Source: Solirubrobacterales bacterium
GTDB taxonomy: Bacteria; Actinomycetota; Thermoleophilia; Solirubrobacterales; Solirubrobacteraceae
Direction: 5' to 3'
Length of the DNA stretch: 64,000 nt
Assembly (NCBI GenBank): GCA_038276395.1
Contig: JBBQAA010000044.1
Location: forward strand, 187-64,186
Under the pieces are notes generated by a model. The model saw only the letters and a list, made by a program, of their open reading frames with translations. It was not told the origin of the DNA and did no database searches. This document shows positions 62,953-64,000 of this stretch, piece after piece (position 1 is the first letter of the stretch; every line of letters begins with the position of its first letter). The translations under genes and the position numbers were made by a program.

Positions 62953-63414
62953 ATGCCATCAGCTTCTAAGACAACGATTCAGCTAGGTTCGCTGCGAATC
63001 GACTTCCTCGTCGAGGCGGGCGATTCCAACGGGAGCGTCACGATCTTCGAGTGCTTCGTCCCGGTCGGCGCGAGGGTGCCTGTGGCTCACAGTCACGACG
63101 GCTTCGAGGAGACCGCCTACGTCCTCGAGGGCACCTGTACATGGACGATCGACGGCGAGACAGGTGAGAGCGGACCCGGTGAGTCGGTGTGCATACGCCG
63201 CGGGCAAGTCCATGGATTCGAGAATCGCGGCGAAGAGGACGTGAGGTTCCTCGCGATCGCGACACCCGGGGTGTTCGGCCCCGCCTACTTCCAGGATCTG
63301 GCGGACATCCTCGCCGACGCCAACGGCAGCCCGCCCGACCCGGCGGCGATCGGCGCCGTGATGCGACGCCACGGACTCACCCCAGCCCAGCCATCCGCGG
63401 CCGCAGACGTATGA
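62953..63414 (+). CDS. Cupin-domain protein
   Basis: P.H.H...E..YVLEG.......G and G..V.I..G..H.F.N cupin motifs. SD is GGAAAGGAAG. Confidence 0.8.
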   Translation: MPSASKTTIQLGSLRIDFLVEAGDSNGSVTIFECFVPVGARVPVAHSHDGFEETAYVLEGTCTWTIDGETGESGPGESVCIRRGQVHGFENRGEEDVRFLAIATPGVFGPAYFQDLADILADANGSPPDPAAIGAVMRRHGLTPAQPSAAADV

Positions 63415-63495
63415 CGAGTTCGGGCCATCGATGCCCTGGCCAAGACCTCGTCGCGCTCAGCCCGGCGCCTGAGGTTAGATCCCCTCTTCAGGAGA

Positions 63496-63714
63496 ATGGG
63501 CCCGAGGGGTCGCCTCCACCACTCCAGCCTCACGTCCCTGTTCGGTGAGGGGTCGGACCTTCGCGTCAGTGAGATCTGGGAATCGGAGGACGCCTGGCAG
63601 CAGGCGTGCGACGGCGGCCTGAAGGCCGCGCTGTCCACGGCTGGCCTTGAGCTTCCAGAGCCCGACAAGTTCCCGGTCCACGAGGTCTGGGGCAGCCGCG
63701 TGGCGGACGCATAG
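63496..63714 (+). pseudogene. Probable N-terminally truncated remnant of a small alpha/beta (ABM/Dabb-like) protein
   Basis: ...LRVSEIWESEDAWQQ......L......G...P....PVHEVW resembles the C-terminal two-thirds of about 100-aa proteins of that fold. Weak support. Confidence 0.25.
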
Positions 63715-63865
63715 CTCAAAGAGCGACTGAGCCGAGGCGGGCGCGCAGCATCGGGCGATCCGCGCTGCAGTCGCGCTTGCGCTTTGGACTGCCATGAAAG
63801 GAGGGTCTCCTTGCTGAGACGCTCTGCGTGTTGATCGACGAAGCGAGCGAAGGAGGCCCGCTCAC

Positions 63866-64000
63866 ATGTTGCATGCTGGTTTGGATCTCAGTCGCAAGCG
63901 GCTGGACGTCTGCTTGCTCAGCGACGAGGGAGAGGTGCTCGGCGAGTTCGCCGTTCCGCCTGATGCCGATGGGCTGCGTGGCTTGGCGCGGCGATTGGGG
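63866..64000 (+). mobile_element. IS110-family transposase, N-terminal 45 aa (continues beyond the window)
   Basis: MLHAGLDLSRKRLDVCLLSDEGEVLGEFAVPPDADGLRGLARRLG is the typical DEDD_Tnp_IS110 start. SD is GAAGGAGG. Confidence 0.7.

Noticed and set aside
1-64000. Search for rRNA, tRNA, prophage/integrase, toxin-antitoxin, restriction-modification or other defence modules.
   Set aside because: I found none by eye. No conserved rRNA strings, cloverleaf-compatible T-arms, integrase or recombinase motifs, or defence-gene signatures are present. I cannot exclude small ncRNAs without covariance-model searches.

Overview
High-GC chromosomal segment from an aerobic Actinomycetota-like bacterium. The gene content looks Thermoleophilia- or Rubrobacteria-like, but the taxon cannot be determined from this window. 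I support about 75 protein genes. Most are tightly packed, and many junctions show 1-4 nt start/stop overlaps (ATGA, GTGA, TGATG).

Main blocks, in order:
1. Enolase-superfamily gene, MMPL transporter, Crp/Fnr regulator, ferritin-like protein and PhzF.
2. One respiratory operon, ctaC-ctaD-ctaE-orf-qcrC-qcrA-qcrB, with a convergent ctaG.
3. TetR, FMN reductase, YceI, hydrolase, SDR, the amine-oxidase/DUF1365/CFA-synthase trio, P450, LysR, EamA, Fe-ADH and an NlpC/P60-like lipoprotein.
4. Adenylate cyclase, secG, and a variant System I cytochrome c maturation pair, ccmE-ccmF.
5. An amidoligase operon: small ORF, C26 amidotransferase, circularly permuted ATP-grasp, GCS2 ligase.
6. An ADH-thioesterase pair bracketed by inverted repeats, tatA, and a cobalamin riboswitch in front of a DUF4430 protein.
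7. A 14.7-kb, 17-ORF group 1h (Hhy-type) [NiFe]-hydrogenase operon with a full hyp set.
8. A LigD-PE protein, two GT-C-like membrane proteins, and a visibly lower-GC patch holding IS256, MFS and IS110 remnants plus a MarR-cupin pair.

I found no rRNA, tRNA or CRISPR array.

Most interesting items:
- the amidoligase operon led by a Gly-terminated small ORF
- a 37-nt hairpin element present twice downstream of tatA and once in frame inside a hydrogenase-cluster gene
- uncharacterised proteins and micro-ORFs embedded in the hydrogenase operon
- a Cys-type CcmE with CPSKF
- an unexplained, structured 514-nt gap after ccmF

All calls come from reading the translations and the DNA by eye. No database search was run. 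DUF numbers are from memory and need verification.
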